A stretch of 61,569 bases of DNA, the filler included, from Pirum gemmata (taxonomy: Eukaryota), in the NCBI GenBank assembly GCA_002812295.1. It is 20 parts of 20 records of this genome, joined end to end, with 100 filler letters (N's around TTAATTAATTAA, not from the genome) between each part and the next. Parts side by side here need not be neighbours in the genome. Positions count along the whole stretch, not along the records: positions 58,598 to 61,569 come from PDIN01003986.1; 19 more parts are not named here. One strand, 5' to 3'. Under the pieces are notes generated by a model, which was not told where the DNA came from, searched no databases, and saw only the letters and a program-made list of their open reading frames with translations. Below are positions 61,539 to 61,569 of this stretch, piece after piece. A program made the translations under genes and the position numbers. The number at the start of each line of letters is the position of its first letter. Position 1 is the stretch's first letter.

Positions 61539-61569
61539 TTATAACAGTTACTATTTCTTATCGATGTCT

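Overview
Very AT-rich eukaryotic nuclear DNA, not prokaryotic. The window is an artificial pseudo-scaffold: about 20 unrelated contigs, mostly ~3 kb, joined by a 100-bp linker (N44-TTAATTAATTAA-N44), so gene neighbourhood is meaningful only inside each contig. Spliceosomal introns, TTAGGG repeats and the gene content (GRK RH-domain exon, TSP1 repeats, SCHIP1/FEZ-like coiled coil, LITAF, non-animal heme peroxidase) suggest a unicellular holozoan such as an ichthyosporean (inference). Host genes reconstructed by hand: MED20 (4 exons), a GRK exon, a UEV-domain gene, a heme peroxidase with a GC-AG intron, a FUSC/ALMT-type transporter, LITAF, a FEX-like exon and a cysteine-rich protein built from 147-bp phase-1 modules. 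Foreign-looking intronless DNA: a compact cassette with a highly divergent RPB10 (candidate giant-virus insert), a tandemly repeated 885-aa SF2-helicase-like gene and a frameshifted Kelch-ankyrin gene. The rest is at least six MITE families, a Zisupton/Dileera-like transposase relic, microsatellites and pervasive interstitial TTAGGG tracts, some inserted inside MITE copies. All family calls come from motif recognition by eye; no searches were run.
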